From assembly GCA_028714455.1 (NCBI GenBank), contig JAQTMG010000001.1, positions 568 to 64,567 on the forward strand: DNA of 64,000 nt. Direction: 5' to 3'. Numbering within the stretch: position 1 is the first letter of the stretch; the number at the start of each line of letters is the position of its first letter. Origin of the DNA: Patescibacteria group bacterium (lineage in GTDB: Bacteria > Patescibacteriota > Patescibacteriia > CAIXNZ01). Below, piece after piece: positions 7,401 to 17,559 of this stretch. Under the pieces are notes generated by a model that ran no database searches, was not told the DNA's origin, and saw only the letters and a program-made list of their open reading frames with translations. A program made the position numbers and the translations under genes.

Positions 7401-10085
7401 ATGTTTTTAAAAAAATTAGAAATTCAGGGTTTCAAATCTTTTGCCAATAAGATTGTTTTGGAATTTCCAGAAAAAGCCAAAAACACCAGGGGTATCACGG
7501 CTGTGGTCGGTCCAAATGGCTCGGGCAAGTCAAATACGGCCGATGCCATCCGCTGGGCTTTGGGCGAACAGAGCATCAAGATGCTGCGCGGCAAAAAAAG
7601 CGAGGATGTCATCTTTACTGGTTCTGACAAGAAAGCGCGCATGGGTTTTGCCGAGGTTTCTTTATTTTTGGATAATCACGATAAATCGGCTGACATTGAT
7701 TATGAAGAATTAATTATTACGCGCCGCGTCTACAGAAACGGCGACAGCGGATATCTTATCAATAACGCCAAGGCGCGTCTGGCTGACATTCAGTTGCTTT
7801 TAGCCAAAGCCAATTTTGGCCAGCGCAGTTATTCCATCATCGGCCAAGGCATGGCTGATTCTGTTTTGTCTGCTTCACTCCAAGAGAGAAAAGAACTTTT
7901 TGATGAGGCAGTCGGTGTTCGCCAGCTGCAGATTAAACGCGAACAGGCGCTCAATAAATTTAAAGCAACCCGAGACAATCTGGCGCAGACGGCAGTTACT
8001 CTGTCAGAAATAGAACCGCGAATAAGATCGCTTACCAGACAGGTAAAAAAACTGGAGAAGCGCGAAGAGTTTGAAAAAGAGCTAAAAGTCATTCAGCTTG
8101 ATTACTTCGCCCAGATCTGGCAGCGGCTGGAAAAAAACCAAAAAGACATAGAAATTAAAAAAAATGAGCTGGATAAAACCGCGTCTTCTTTAAGTGAGAA
8201 AATTCAGATCATCGAAAGCAAAATTAATGAATCATCGGCAGAGAGTTCGCGCCAGGTTCTTTTTGAAAAAATCCAGAACGAATATAATAATTTGATTTTG
8301 CAAAAAAATTCTCTTTTACGCGACCAGACGATTTTGAAAGCCAAGTTGGATGTGGAATTTGAGAAGCAGGGCCAGGGCAATGTGGTCTGGCTCAAAAACA
8401 GAGTCGAGGAAATCCAAAATCAGATTACCAATCACAAGCAGCAACTTTCGGAGATTGAAGACCTGATCAAAAAAGAACAAACCAATTTAAAAAATAAAGA
8501 AAACAATTTTGAATCAATCAACAAGCGCTTGGAAAATGTTAGAACAGAATTAAACCAAATCAAGGGTTCTGACAGTCAGCCTTTTGAGGGAGAAAAAGAG
8601 CTGGAAGCGATTTTTGAGCTGCAACAAGATCTGGTCAACAAACTTCTGAAGGTTGAAAATATTGAAGAACTGAAAGAGCTAAAAAATCAGGCGCGAGAAG
8701 TTTCGCAAAAACTTTCTGTCTACCTGGAAAAATTAAAAAGTGTAAAAAAACAAGGTGCTGATAATCTTTTTAATCTGCAAAACCAGCTGGAAGCCTTGAG
8801 CAAGGAAAAAAATGACTTGAGCTTGGAAATTTCCCAGTTCAAATTAAACCTGAATATAAAAAATGAAAAAATCACCTCGCTCAATCAGGAAATCACCAAG
8901 CTAAATTCGGAAATTGAAAAAATCAATCAGGAAATTTCCTTGAGCCAGGTTAAAAATGACAAAAAAGAATTTACCAGCCAGGTTGAAAAACAAATTAAAG
9001 AAGCCGAGACAAAAATTTCTGATCTAGACAAAAAAATCAGCGAACAGGCAGCCAAAATTTCTGACTTTAACAAAGATGAACAGGGTAAAAAAGAAAAATT
9101 AATTGAATTGCAGAAGGAATTTCAGGAAAAACTTAATCAGCTTAGCCAGCTTAACCAAAAAATTAGTCAGTTTGATATTGAGCTGGCCAAATATTCAACT
9201 CGCAAGGAGGATATTGAAAGCGAAATCAGGCAGGAAAAACTGGAGTTAGCCACAATTTCAAAACATCGAGCCGAAAAAGAGCTGGATGAGAATGCCGCCA
9301 GCGAACAGATTCAATATCTCAAGAGGCAAATGGAAATAATCGGCGGCATTGATGAAGAGACTCAAAAAGAATACACGGAAATCAAAGAGCGCTATGACTT
9401 TTTAAAAACGCAGTCCGAAGATCTGGAAAAAGCCATTAGTTCGGCTGAAAAAATCATTGAAGAACTCGATCGCACAATCAAGGAACAGTTTGACAAAGCC
9501 TTTAAAGAAATCAACAAGGAATTCCAAAAATATTTCCGAGTACTTTTCAACGGCGGTCAAGCCGAATTGATTAAAGTTAGCGTGGATGAAATAAAAAAAG
9601 AAGAGAAAGAAGAGAAAGAGGGGGAAGAAGGCAAAGAAGGAGCAGAGGAAGAGTCGGGCGTTTTGGCCCAGGCCGAAAAATTTGTGGAAAAATTAAAGCA
9701 AAAAGAAAAAGAGAGTTACGCGGGTATTGAAATTAAAGCCGTGCCGCCTGGCAAAAAAGTAAAGTCAATAAATATGCTTTCTGGCGGCGAGCGAGCCCTC
9801 ACTTCAATCGCCTTAATTTCGGCTATTATCGCCAATAATCCTTCGCCCTTTGTCGTGCTTGATGAAGTTGACGCGGCTCTGGACGAAGCCAATTCGGAAA
9901 GGTTTAGTTATATTATTGAAGAGCTGGCCCAAAAAACTCAATTCATTGTCATTACTCATAACCGTGTGACCATGCACAAAGCCGATGTACTTTACGGCGT
10001 GACTATGGGCGACGACGGCGTTTCTAAATTACTTTCAATCAAACTGGCCGACGCCGAGGATATGGTTGGCTCGGTCAGAGGTTAA
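7401..10085 (+). CDS. smc: SMC-like chromosome segregation ATPase (894 aa), apparently hinge-less
   Basis: N-terminal Walker A VVGPNGSGKSN, long coiled coils, C-terminal signature LSGGERALTSIAL, Walker B VVLDEVDAALD, D-loop; no recognisable glycine-rich hinge in the middle. Confidence 0.85.
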   Translation: MFLKKLEIQGFKSFANKIVLEFPEKAKNTRGITAVVGPNGSGKSNTADAIRWALGEQSIKMLRGKKSEDVIFTGSDKKARMGFAEVSLFLDNHDKSADIDYEELIITRRVYRNGDSGYLINNAKARLADIQLLLAKANFGQRSYSIIGQGMADSVLSASLQERKELFDEAVGVRQLQIKREQALNKFKATRDNLAQTAVTLSEIEPRIRSLTRQVKKLEKREEFEKELKVIQLDYFAQIWQRLEKNQKDIEIKKNELDKTASSLSEKIQIIESKINESSAESSRQVLFEKIQNEYNNLILQKNSLLRDQTILKAKLDVEFEKQGQGNVVWLKNRVEEIQNQITNHKQQLSEIEDLIKKEQTNLKNKENNFESINKRLENVRTELNQIKGSDSQPFEGEKELEAIFELQQDLVNKLLKVENIEELKELKNQAREVSQKLSVYLEKLKSVKKQGADNLFNLQNQLEALSKEKNDLSLEISQFKLNLNIKNEKITSLNQEITKLNSEIEKINQEISLSQVKNDKKEFTSQVEKQIKEAETKISDLDKKISEQAAKISDFNKDEQGKKEKLIELQKEFQEKLNQLSQLNQKISQFDIELAKYSTRKEDIESEIRQEKLELATISKHRAEKELDENAASEQIQYLKRQMEIIGGIDEETQKEYTEIKERYDFLKTQSEDLEKAISSAEKIIEELDRTIKEQFDKAFKEINKEFQKYFRVLFNGGQAELIKVSVDEIKKEEKEEKEGEEGKEGAEEESGVLAQAEKFVEKLKQKEKESYAGIEIKAVPPGKKVKSINMLSGGERALTSIALISAIIANNPSPFVVLDEVDAALDEANSERFSYIIEELAQKTQFIVITHNRVTMHKADVLYGVTMGDDGVSKLLSIKLADAEDMVGSVRG

Positions 10086-10099
10086 TAAAAATATAAAAA

Positions 10100-10128
10100 A
10101 GAGAGCCGACATTCAGCTCTCTTTTGCT
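10100..10128. terminator. bidirectional terminator
   Basis: agagagc-N9-gctctct hairpin followed by T-run. Confidence 0.6.
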
Positions 10129-10132
10129 TTAT

Positions 10133-10528
10133 CTATTCGACTTTACTCCCAAATTCCTCATCGGCCGTGTCTCTTTCAGCCGCTTTCTTGGTTTTGTGAA
10201 TAACTTTGTCAATGTGATTGGCTGGAGCATAAATAGTAAAAAGCTTCATTGAGCTTTTACCAGTGTTCACAAAGTTGTGTCTGGTGCCCGGAGTAACCAC
10301 CACCACATCACCTTTTACTACTGGCGATTCCACGCCATCCAAAATCGCCTTGCCCTCGCCCTTTAAAAAAATCAAAGTCTGTTCAACATGGGCATGTGTC
10401 TCTTCGCCGATATCCCCGCCCTTAGGGATACTCATGACGACCAACTGGCTCTTGGCACCGGTAAAAAGAACCTGTCTGAAAAATTTATTCTTCTTGGTCG
10501 CGCTGATAATGTTTGTCTGGAAAGACAT
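10133..10528 (-). CDS. cupin domain protein
   Basis: 131 aa; G(X)5HXH-like motif EETHAHVEQTLIFLKGEG, PGTRHNFVN. Confidence 0.75.
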   Translation of the reverse strand: MSFQTNIISATKKNKFFRQVLFTGAKSQLVVMSIPKGGDIGEETHAHVEQTLIFLKGEGKAILDGVESPVVKGDVVVVTPGTRHNFVNTGKSSMKLFTIYAPANHIDKVIHKTKKAAERDTADEEFGSKVE

Positions 10529-10576
10529 AAAAATTTTTTAATAATTAAAGGCGCGACCAAAGCCGCGCCTTTTATA

Positions 10577-10789
10577 TTATGATTGTATTGTCGTTTCCTT
10601 TTTGCTTCGGCTAAAAACGTAAAGGTAAAGAATATCCAGAATGCCAATTGTATTGACTACCAGCAAAACGATAAACCACCACTCCTCTTTGCGTCTGGCT
10701 GATTTCCAAAGAGCCAGGCCTTTCCAAATCGTTGACCAGATTAGCACGAGAACTAAAACCCACTGGTTTTGTAATAAAAATTGTTCCAT
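10577..10789 (-). CDS. small membrane protein (70 aa)
   Basis: Two hydrophobic helices, Trp-rich; hairpin terminator aaggcgcg...cgcgcctt at 10536-10562. Confidence 0.45.
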   Translation of the reverse strand: MEQFLLQNQWVLVLVLIWSTIWKGLALWKSARRKEEWWFIVLLVVNTIGILDILYLYVFSRSKKETTIQS

Positions 10790-10812
10790 AAATTTTTTTA
10801 ATTAATTATTTG

Positions 10813-12810
10813 TTAAAGTAATAATCCCACTATCAGTAATGCCACGATATTTAAAATCTTAATCATCGGGTTTATAGCTGGACCAGCCGTATCTTTATAA
10901 GGATCGCCGACTGTATCGCCGGTAACCGCGGCCTGATGGGCGAGTGAACCTTTGCCGCCAAAATTTCCTTCTTCAATATATTTCTTGGCATTATCCCAGG
11001 CACCGCCGCCGCTGGTCATGGAAATGGCCACGAAAATGCCGGTGATGATCGAACCGAGAAGCAAGCCGCCGAGAGCTTTGATACCTAAGAATGGAGTGAA
11101 GCCAACTATAATTGGCACTAAAATAGGAATGAGAGCAGGCACGATCATTTCCTTAATGGCTGATTTCGTCACGATATCAACGGCCTTGCCATAATCCGGC
11201 TTTTGCGTGCCCTGCATGATGCCAGGCATTTCTCTGAATTGACGCCTGACTTCTTCCACGACTTTGCCGGCCGCGCGTCCAACCGCCTGCATGGCAAAAG
11301 CGCCGAAGTAATAAGGCAAAAGACCGCCAATCAGCAAGCCGATTAAAACTTTGGGGTCATCAATCAAAAACTTTGCCCCCTCGCCAATGGCATGAGTGTA
11401 ATCGGCAAATAAAACTAAAGCGGCCAAAGCAGCCGAAGCAATGGCATAGCCCTTGGTCACGGCTTTTGTAGTATTACCAACCGCATCAAGAGGATCAGTC
11501 ACGTTTCTGACTTCCTCTGGCAATTCTGCCATTTCAGCGATACCTCCAGCGTTATCAGTAATTGGTCCGTAGGAATCAATTGTCACTATAATACCGGCCA
11601 TTGAAAGCATGGCCATGGCGGCGACAGCGATACCATAAAGTCCGGCAAAAGAATAGGCGCCCAAGATAGCAGCTGAAATAACAATGATTGGCCAGGCCGT
11701 AGATTTCATGGAAACGGCCAAGCCTGCGATTATATTTGTGCCGTGTCCGGTTACCGAGGCCCTAGCAATATCTTGCACCGGCTTATAAGATTTTGAAGTG
11801 TAATATTCGGTAATTATCACGATCGCCGCCGTAACCAAGAGACCAATCAAAGAACAAAAATATAAATTATTGACCGAATATTTATCATTGGTGCCGAGCA
11901 ACCATTTTGTCACGGGATAAAACACGACAGCGGAAATTAGACCAGCCGAAATTAGACCTTTGTACAAAGCGCCCATGATATTTTTTTTGCTGCCCAGCCG
12001 GATAAAGAAACTGCCGATAATAGAAGCAATAATAGAAACAGCGCCCAGAGCTAATGGATAATAAATAACGCTTGAGATATTGCCGAAAATCAACGAGCCC
12101 AAAAGCATGGCGGCAATAGCCGTCACGGCATAAGTTTCAAAAAGATCAGCGGCCATGCCAGCGCAGTCGCCAACATTGTCTCCAACATTATCAGCGATCA
12201 CGGCTGGATTTCTCGGATCATCTTCCGGAATCCCCGCTTCGACTTTACCGACCAAATCAGCTCCCACGTCAGCGGCCTTAGTGTAAATACCGCCGCCGAG
12301 CCTGGCAAAAATGGAAATAAGCGAACCGCCAAAAGCCAGACCGATCATGGGTCTGACGTCGTTAGTGAAAAGATAAAAAATAACCAAACCCAAAAGTCCG
12401 AGGCCGACAACCAAAAAACCCGTTACCGAACCTCCCATGACAGCGACTTTAAGCGCTGATTTAAGTCCTGACTTGGCCGCTTCGGCCGTTCTGACATTGG
12501 CTCTGACCGAAACATTCATGCCGATATAACCGGCTAACGCCGACAAAACCGCGCCCAGTAAAAAACCAAGGGCCGTAATAATTCCCAGGCCAGGAGTTAC
12601 TGAAATCAAAATAAATAAAACTGCTGCCACGATGGCGATGGTCTTATACTGTCGATTTAAATAGGCCTTGGCGCCCGACTGGATCGCCTTAGCTATTTCT
12701 TTCATTTTATCACTGCCTTCTGGCATTTTAATGATCAATCTCACAAGGATCAGGCCATAAGCAATGGCCAAAATCGCCGAGACCAAAACAAAAATCACGG
12801 TCAAGTTCAT
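10813..12810 (-). CDS. hppA: membrane-bound H+/Na+-translocating pyrophosphatase
   Basis: 665 aa polytopic; [40 protein letters not shown] motifs. Confidence 0.95.
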   Translation of the reverse strand: MNLTVIFVLVSAILAIAYGLILVRLIIKMPEGSDKMKEIAKAIQSGAKAYLNRQYKTIAIVAAVLFILISVTPGLGIITALGFLLGAVLSALAGYIGMNVSVRANVRTAEAAKSGLKSALKVAVMGGSVTGFLVVGLGLLGLVIFYLFTNDVRPMIGLAFGGSLISIFARLGGGIYTKAADVGADLVGKVEAGIPEDDPRNPAVIADNVGDNVGDCAGMAADLFETYAVTAIAAMLLGSLIFGNISSVIYYPLALGAVSIIASIIGSFFIRLGSKKNIMGALYKGLISAGLISAVVFYPVTKWLLGTNDKYSVNNLYFCSLIGLLVTAAIVIITEYYTSKSYKPVQDIARASVTGHGTNIIAGLAVSMKSTAWPIIVISAAILGAYSFAGLYGIAVAAMAMLSMAGIIVTIDSYGPITDNAGGIAEMAELPEEVRNVTDPLDAVGNTTKAVTKGYAIASAALAALVLFADYTHAIGEGAKFLIDDPKVLIGLLIGGLLPYYFGAFAMQAVGRAAGKVVEEVRRQFREMPGIMQGTQKPDYGKAVDIVTKSAIKEMIVPALIPILVPIIVGFTPFLGIKALGGLLLGSIITGIFVAISMTSGGGAWDNAKKYIEEGNFGGKGSLAHQAAVTGDTVGDPYKDTAGPAINPMIKILNIVALLIVGLLL

Positions 12811-12923
12811 AGTTTTCTTAATTAATTCTTATTAATATTTAATGGTTGAATTTGTTTTTAGCTAAGATAAGGTCTATTACAGTAATATTTTATCTTTTTG
12901 CCGATTTTCTGTCAATTTAATGG

Positions 12924-12952
12924 GTTGACCGAGCTCGACTCCTTTGTTATAA
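12924..12952 (+). promoter_or_regulatory. promoter TTGACC-N17-TATAAT
   Basis: Exact spacing 17; drives ~110-nt structured leader of the LysM/M23 gene. Confidence 0.55.
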
Positions 12953-13065
12953 TGTTTCTATATTAACTTCGTCTGTTTTTAGGCGTTTTTGGCCGACTGC
13001 ATGCAAAAACGTTCGGCAGACGAGGGGAGTAGAAAAATATTAAAAAATCAATAAAACAATTATCA

Positions 13066-14361
13066 GTGCGCGCTCTGCTTACTGTTATAAAAGGCTTTAC
13101 CCTAATCATAAAGTCCTTTTTTAATTTGCTTCAGCCCCTGGCTGCTCCGTTGCGCTGGTTCTTCGGAATATTTTTTAAATTCATCATAGTCGGCATTTAT
13201 CGCTTATATTTTTATATAAAAAAAATATTTAGAAAAATTTTGCCCGAAAACGTATCGAGGCCAATTTATGTTTTTATAAATAAATACAGCCCCCACATCT
13301 TTATAGTGATTCTGACTGTCGCGGTCAGCTTCTCCAACCTTTTCGCCACGAACACCGGAGCACAAATTTTTGGCGAAAAAAGTATTCTTTATGCCATGGC
13401 GACTGGCAGCGACTACGAAGATCAGTATATAGAAGAAAGCATTGATTCTGCCGCGCCACAAATACAAACTAATTATATGGGGACCGAAAAAAACGCTGTC
13501 TCGGGCAGCCAAAATATATCGGCGGGCACGGAACCCGAAAGCATCGCTTCAATCAGCGGTCTGGGCGCCATTCTAAAACCAGAGATTTCCTCGATGGAGG
13601 CTGCCCAGAGATTTCGCGATCAACCAATTGAATATATCGTTAAGGCCGGCGACACGGTCAGCACCATCGCTGAAGAATTTGAAATTACGGACGAGACGAT
13701 TATGTGGCAAAACAATTTGAGTGCCACTAGCTTGATCAGACCGGGGCAAAAATTAGTGATCCTGCCGATCAATGGCGTTGCTCACACCGTTGTCAAAGGC
13801 GACACGCTGGCCAGTATCGCCAAGAAATATAAGGCGGATCAGCAGAAAATTATTGATTATAACAAATTAGCCGACGTAAATGACATCTCAATTGGAGAAC
13901 TTTTGGTTATTCCAGAGGGACAACCCTATCGTCCGCCGATCGCTCCCACTCGCCTTGCTCCAATTCAACAAATCTTTGAGCAACCGGCTCCGGTCGTACC
14001 GGGCCAGATGGTCTGGCCAAACGGCTGCCACCGCATAACCCAATACTTTAAGTGGAATCACACGGGCGTTGACATCGCCTGCCCATTAGGCACGCCGATA
14101 CGCGCGGCAGAAGATGGAGTTATTAAGGCTGTTCACTATTTGAATACGGGCTACGGCCATTCTGTGGATATTGATCATGGTAACGGCAAAATGACCAGAT
14201 ACGGCCACATGACAACCATCTACGTTAAAGAGGGCGAAAGCGTGAAAGCCGGACAAGCCATCGGTTTGGAGGGCTCAACTGGCAAATCAACCGGCCCCCA
14301 TCTGCATTTTGAAGTACGTTTCTGGGGCAAGGTCTACAATCCACTCAACTATGTAAAATAA
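13066..14361 (+). CDS. LysM-repeat M23 family peptidase (GTG start)
   Basis: N-terminal TM segment, two LysM domains (YIVKAGDTVSTIAEEF, HTVVKGDTLASIAKKY), M23 motifs HTGVDIA, GSTGKSTGPHLHFEV. Confidence 0.85.
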   Translation: MRALLTVIKGFTLIIKSFFNLLQPLAAPLRWFFGIFFKFIIVGIYRLYFYIKKIFRKILPENVSRPIYVFINKYSPHIFIVILTVAVSFSNLFATNTGAQIFGEKSILYAMATGSDYEDQYIEESIDSAAPQIQTNYMGTEKNAVSGSQNISAGTEPESIASISGLGAILKPEISSMEAAQRFRDQPIEYIVKAGDTVSTIAEEFEITDETIMWQNNLSATSLIRPGQKLVILPINGVAHTVVKGDTLASIAKKYKADQQKIIDYNKLADVNDISIGELLVIPEGQPYRPPIAPTRLAPIQQIFEQPAPVVPGQMVWPNGCHRITQYFKWNHTGVDIACPLGTPIRAAEDGVIKAVHYLNTGYGHSVDIDHGNGKMTRYGHMTTIYVKEGESVKAGQAIGLEGSTGKSTGPHLHFEVRFWGKVYNPLNYVK

Positions 14362-14364
14362 AAA

Positions 14365-14392
14365 AGAAGAGGTCGCCCCCGGCCTCTTTTTT
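14365..14392 (+). terminator. Rho-independent terminator
   Basis: agaggtcg-cccc-cggcctct followed by T6. Confidence 0.6.
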
Positions 14393-14404
14393 AATTGGAT
14401 AAAA

Positions 14405-14464
14405 GTTGAGGGTTTAGAGTTGAGAGCTCGGCTAAAATTTAACTCCCAACTCTCGACTCTCAAC
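14405..14464. repeat. heptamer-family repeat / inverted repeat (GAGGGTT TAGAGTT GAGAGCT ... CTCCCAA CTCTCGA CTCTCAA)
   Basis: 7-nt periodicity on both arms; arms are reverse complements (agagttgagag / ctctcaactct). Confidence 0.5.
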
Positions 14465-15974
14465 GATTAAACCTGTATTGCAGCGCCTCGGCGACATTTT
14501 GAATTCTTATTGCTTCGCTGCCCTCTAAATCGGCAATTGTCCTGGCCAGTTTTAAAATCCTGTGATAGGCTCTCGCCGAAAGATGAAATTGATTAACGGC
14601 ATTTTTGAGAAGTTCCGAGCACTGATTGTCTACAACACAAAATTGTTTAATCTCCTGCGGCCGCATTTCGCTGTTATACATTATTTTAAAATCTTTAAAT
14701 CTTTCTTTTTGTTTTTCTCTGGCCGCCTCAATCCTTTTTCTAATTTGCTCCGACTCCTCGGCGACCTTTTCCGTGGTCAATTTTTCAAAACTCAAACGCG
14801 GCACCTCAACGTGCAAATCAATACGATCCAAAATCGGACCAGAAACTTTTTTTTGATATTTAATTATCTGATAAGGCGTACAGGTGCAGTGCCTTTCCGA
14901 ATCGCTGGCGTAACCGCAGGGGCAGGGATTTTGGGCGGCGATCAAAATAAAACGCGCCGGATAACCTAGAGTTCCGGATGCTCTGGAAATTACTACTGAA
15001 CCGTCTTCCATGGGCTGGCGCAAATTTTCCAAAACCAGGCGCGAAAATTCGGAAAACTCGTCAAGAAACAAAACTCCCCGATGAGCCAAGCTGATTTCTC
15101 CCGGCCTCGGTATCCTGCCGCCGCCAACCAACGAAACTGCCGAAGAAGAATGATGCGGAGAACGAAAAGGACGCTTTTTTATGAGCGACTGATTGTGCGG
15201 CAAAAGTCCGGCCACACTGTAAATCTTGGTCACCTCTAAAATTTCCTCCAAAGTCATTTTGGGCATAATCGAAGAGGCCGCCTTAGCGAGTAGTGTCTTG
15301 CCAGAACCTGGCGGGCCGCTCATCAAGACGTTGTGTCCGCCAGCCATGGCGATTTCCAGCGCCCGCTTAACATGCTCTTGGCCCGCGATATAAGCCATGT
15401 CATATTCAATCTCATCCTCATTAAAATCAATCGGATTCTCTCTTTTATAAGAGCTAATCAATTCTTTGCCCAATAAATGGTTCATCACTTCCATGAGATT
15501 TCTGGCCGGCAAAACATTGATTCCTTCAATTAAAGCCGCCTCTTCAGCATTGATCCATGGCAAAAAAACATTTTTAAACTTATTTTCTTTGGCAAAAATA
15601 ACCGCCGGCAAAATTCCATTGGTATGCCTCAAATTCCCATCAAGTGAAAGTTCTCCAATAAATAAACAATCGGCAAGGTTTAGATTTGATTCAAAAGAAT
15701 TAAGCAGGATGCCAACCGCCATGGCCAGATCAAAGGCCACGCCTTCTTTTTTTATGTCAGCGGGTGCTAAATTAACCACAATTTTTTTTAAATACGGATA
15801 ATCATAGCCGCAATTTTTTATGGCCAGACGCGTTCTTTCTCTCGCCTCTTGAACTGCCGTATCACCCAGACCAACAATAAAAAAATCCGGCTTGCCATTA
15901 GAGACATCCGTCTCTACCTCAATCAATTTGGGATTCAGGCCGATGACCGCGCACGAATTTAATTTAGTTAACAT
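14460..15974 (-). CDS. comM: YifB/ComM family Mg-chelatase-like AAA+ ATPase
   Basis: 504 aa; Walker A GPPGSGKT, C-terminal Mg-chelatase ChlI domain. Confidence 0.9.
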   Translation of the reverse strand: MLTKLNSCAVIGLNPKLIEVETDVSNGKPDFFIVGLGDTAVQEARERTRLAIKNCGYDYPYLKKIVVNLAPADIKKEGVAFDLAMAVGILLNSFESNLNLADCLFIGELSLDGNLRHTNGILPAVIFAKENKFKNVFLPWINAEEAALIEGINVLPARNLMEVMNHLLGKELISSYKRENPIDFNEDEIEYDMAYIAGQEHVKRALEIAMAGGHNVLMSGPPGSGKTLLAKAASSIMPKMTLEEILEVTKIYSVAGLLPHNQSLIKKRPFRSPHHSSSAVSLVGGGRIPRPGEISLAHRGVLFLDEFSEFSRLVLENLRQPMEDGSVVISRASGTLGYPARFILIAAQNPCPCGYASDSERHCTCTPYQIIKYQKKVSGPILDRIDLHVEVPRLSFEKLTTEKVAEESEQIRKRIEAAREKQKERFKDFKIMYNSEMRPQEIKQFCVVDNQCSELLKNAVNQFHLSARAYHRILKLARTIADLEGSEAIRIQNVAEALQYRFNR

Positions 15975-16035
15975 ATTTAAATTCTATCATCTTCCTGCAA
16001 ATAAAAAAATCGCACAATAATTCTGTGTATTCGAA

Positions 16036-17118
16036 TTAACCGATCTTTTGTGCGACCAAAATGATTATATCGTGTTTATGAGGTTTCCCGTGATAATCTT
16101 GCTTAATATAATTTTTGTATTCCAATATTCTCCACCCTTTATAAAAATTCTTTAATTCCTCGGGCTCGAAAAAATGTAACTGGCGGTTTTTCTTAAAAGC
16201 ATAGTCCTTGGTAGTAAAAACAGAAATTAAATTTATTCCATTTATTGCAGTGTGCGATTGAATCTTCAAAATCAATTTTGATAAATCTTCTCTCTTAATA
16301 AGATGCAAAACGGCCGTGCTTATAATAACATCGTAATTTTCATTAAACTCAAAATTGTTTGCGTCTACGGTAAATGTTTTTATTTGTAGATTTCTTTCGT
16401 GGGCGGAATTTTGTAGTCTGACGATTGCTTCTTCTGAAATATCGATGCCCGTTACCTCAAATCCTTCCTCGGCTAAAAATATAGCATTTCTCCCTTCCCC
16501 ACAACCAACATCCAGCACCCTTCCTTTTTTTATATAACCCGGAATCTTCACAACGTATTCATTGGGTACATTTCCCCACAAACATTTATTAAGCCTGTAG
16601 GCAGAGTTAATTTTGTTTTGATCTAAAAAAATTGATTCTCGATTTGTTTTAAATCCTTCGACAAAAAATATTATTACTCCAACAACAATCATGGCATCGG
16701 CCAGATTAAAAACAGGCCAGATAAATACATTGATATAGTCAATCACAAACCCAAAAATCAAACGGTCAATAAAATTACTCAAAGCACCCAAAATAATTAA
16801 GGAGACAGAAAATACTTGCCAAAGATTGCCCAAAATTAAATCGCGCCACCAAAGGTAACCCAAGACAATCAGGATTAAAAAAATAAAAACCATAATTACT
16901 GATTGGGGCAGCGGCAAACCGAAAGCTAAATTTAAATTAGTAAAAAAACCAATCTGCAGCAAACCATTAAAAAAATAAAATCCCGACTGCGGGATTTTAT
17001 TTAATATCAAATAATATTTTATAAATGATTCGAGGGCAAAAAATATTGTCGGAATTAAGAGGATTAAAATTATCTTTTTTGCCCCTTTCATTATTGGCTG
17101 CTTAATTTTTCTTTGCAT
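16036..17118 (-). CDS. lspA: fusion: lipoprotein signal peptidase II (N-term) + class I SAM-dependent methyltransferase (TehB-like, C-term)
   Basis: N-terminal ~160 aa polytopic with LspA signature FIDRLIFGFVIDYINVFIWPVFNLADAMIVVG; C-terminal VLDVGCGEGRNAIFLAEEGFEVTGIDISEEAI methyltransferase motif I. Confidence 0.75.
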   Translation of the reverse strand: MQRKIKQPIMKGAKKIILILLIPTIFFALESFIKYYLILNKIPQSGFYFFNGLLQIGFFTNLNLAFGLPLPQSVIMVFIFLILIVLGYLWWRDLILGNLWQVFSVSLIILGALSNFIDRLIFGFVIDYINVFIWPVFNLADAMIVVGVIIFFVEGFKTNRESIFLDQNKINSAYRLNKCLWGNVPNEYVVKIPGYIKKGRVLDVGCGEGRNAIFLAEEGFEVTGIDISEEAIVRLQNSAHERNLQIKTFTVDANNFEFNENYDVIISTAVLHLIKREDLSKLILKIQSHTAINGINLISVFTTKDYAFKKNRQLHFFEPEELKNFYKGWRILEYKNYIKQDYHGKPHKHDIIILVAQKIG

Positions 17119-17459
17119 TCAACGCAAGAACTGGAAGCGGGTCGCGCCAGTAAGCGTTCTTCGGGAATTTCATTGCCGCAATAATTGCACTTGCCGTATT
17201 TTCCCTTCTCGATTTTTTCCAGCGCCTTATTAATATCGCGCAAAGTTGTTTCCAGGGAAAATTCGATTGATAAATTATCAGTGTATTCTGCGATCTCGCC
17301 AGCATTTTCATCTTCTTTATCGCCATAGTCAGGAAATTCCGAACGATAATTATCTTTAATGTGTTCGTCTTTTTTAGCAAAACCAGCCAATTCGTTTTCG
17401 ATTTGGCTTTTTCGTTCCAATAAATCCTTCTTTATTTTTTCTAAAATTTCTTTCTTCAT
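17091..17459 (-). CDS. DksA/TraR family C4-type zinc finger protein
   Basis: 122 aa; C-terminal CNYCGNEIPEERLLARPASSSCVEC. Confidence 0.75.
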   Translation of the reverse strand: MKKEILEKIKKDLLERKSQIENELAGFAKKDEHIKDNYRSEFPDYGDKEDENAGEIAEYTDNLSIEFSLETTLRDINKALEKIEKGKYGKCNYCGNEIPEERLLARPASSSCVECKEKLSSQ

Positions 17460-17559
17460 AAATATGCCTAATCAATCATAAATTAAGTATACGATAAGTA
17501 ATATTTATTATAAAGACAATATTAAAATAAATCAAGAGTTCGTGTCAAGGCAAATAAAA

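Noticed and set aside
12953-13065. Assigning the M23 peptidase leader as a ydaO (c-di-AMP) riboswitch
   Set aside because: Leader is ~110 nt, shorter than typical ydaO elements, and only a GGGGAG fragment resembles the consensus; kept as a low-confidence hypothesis only.
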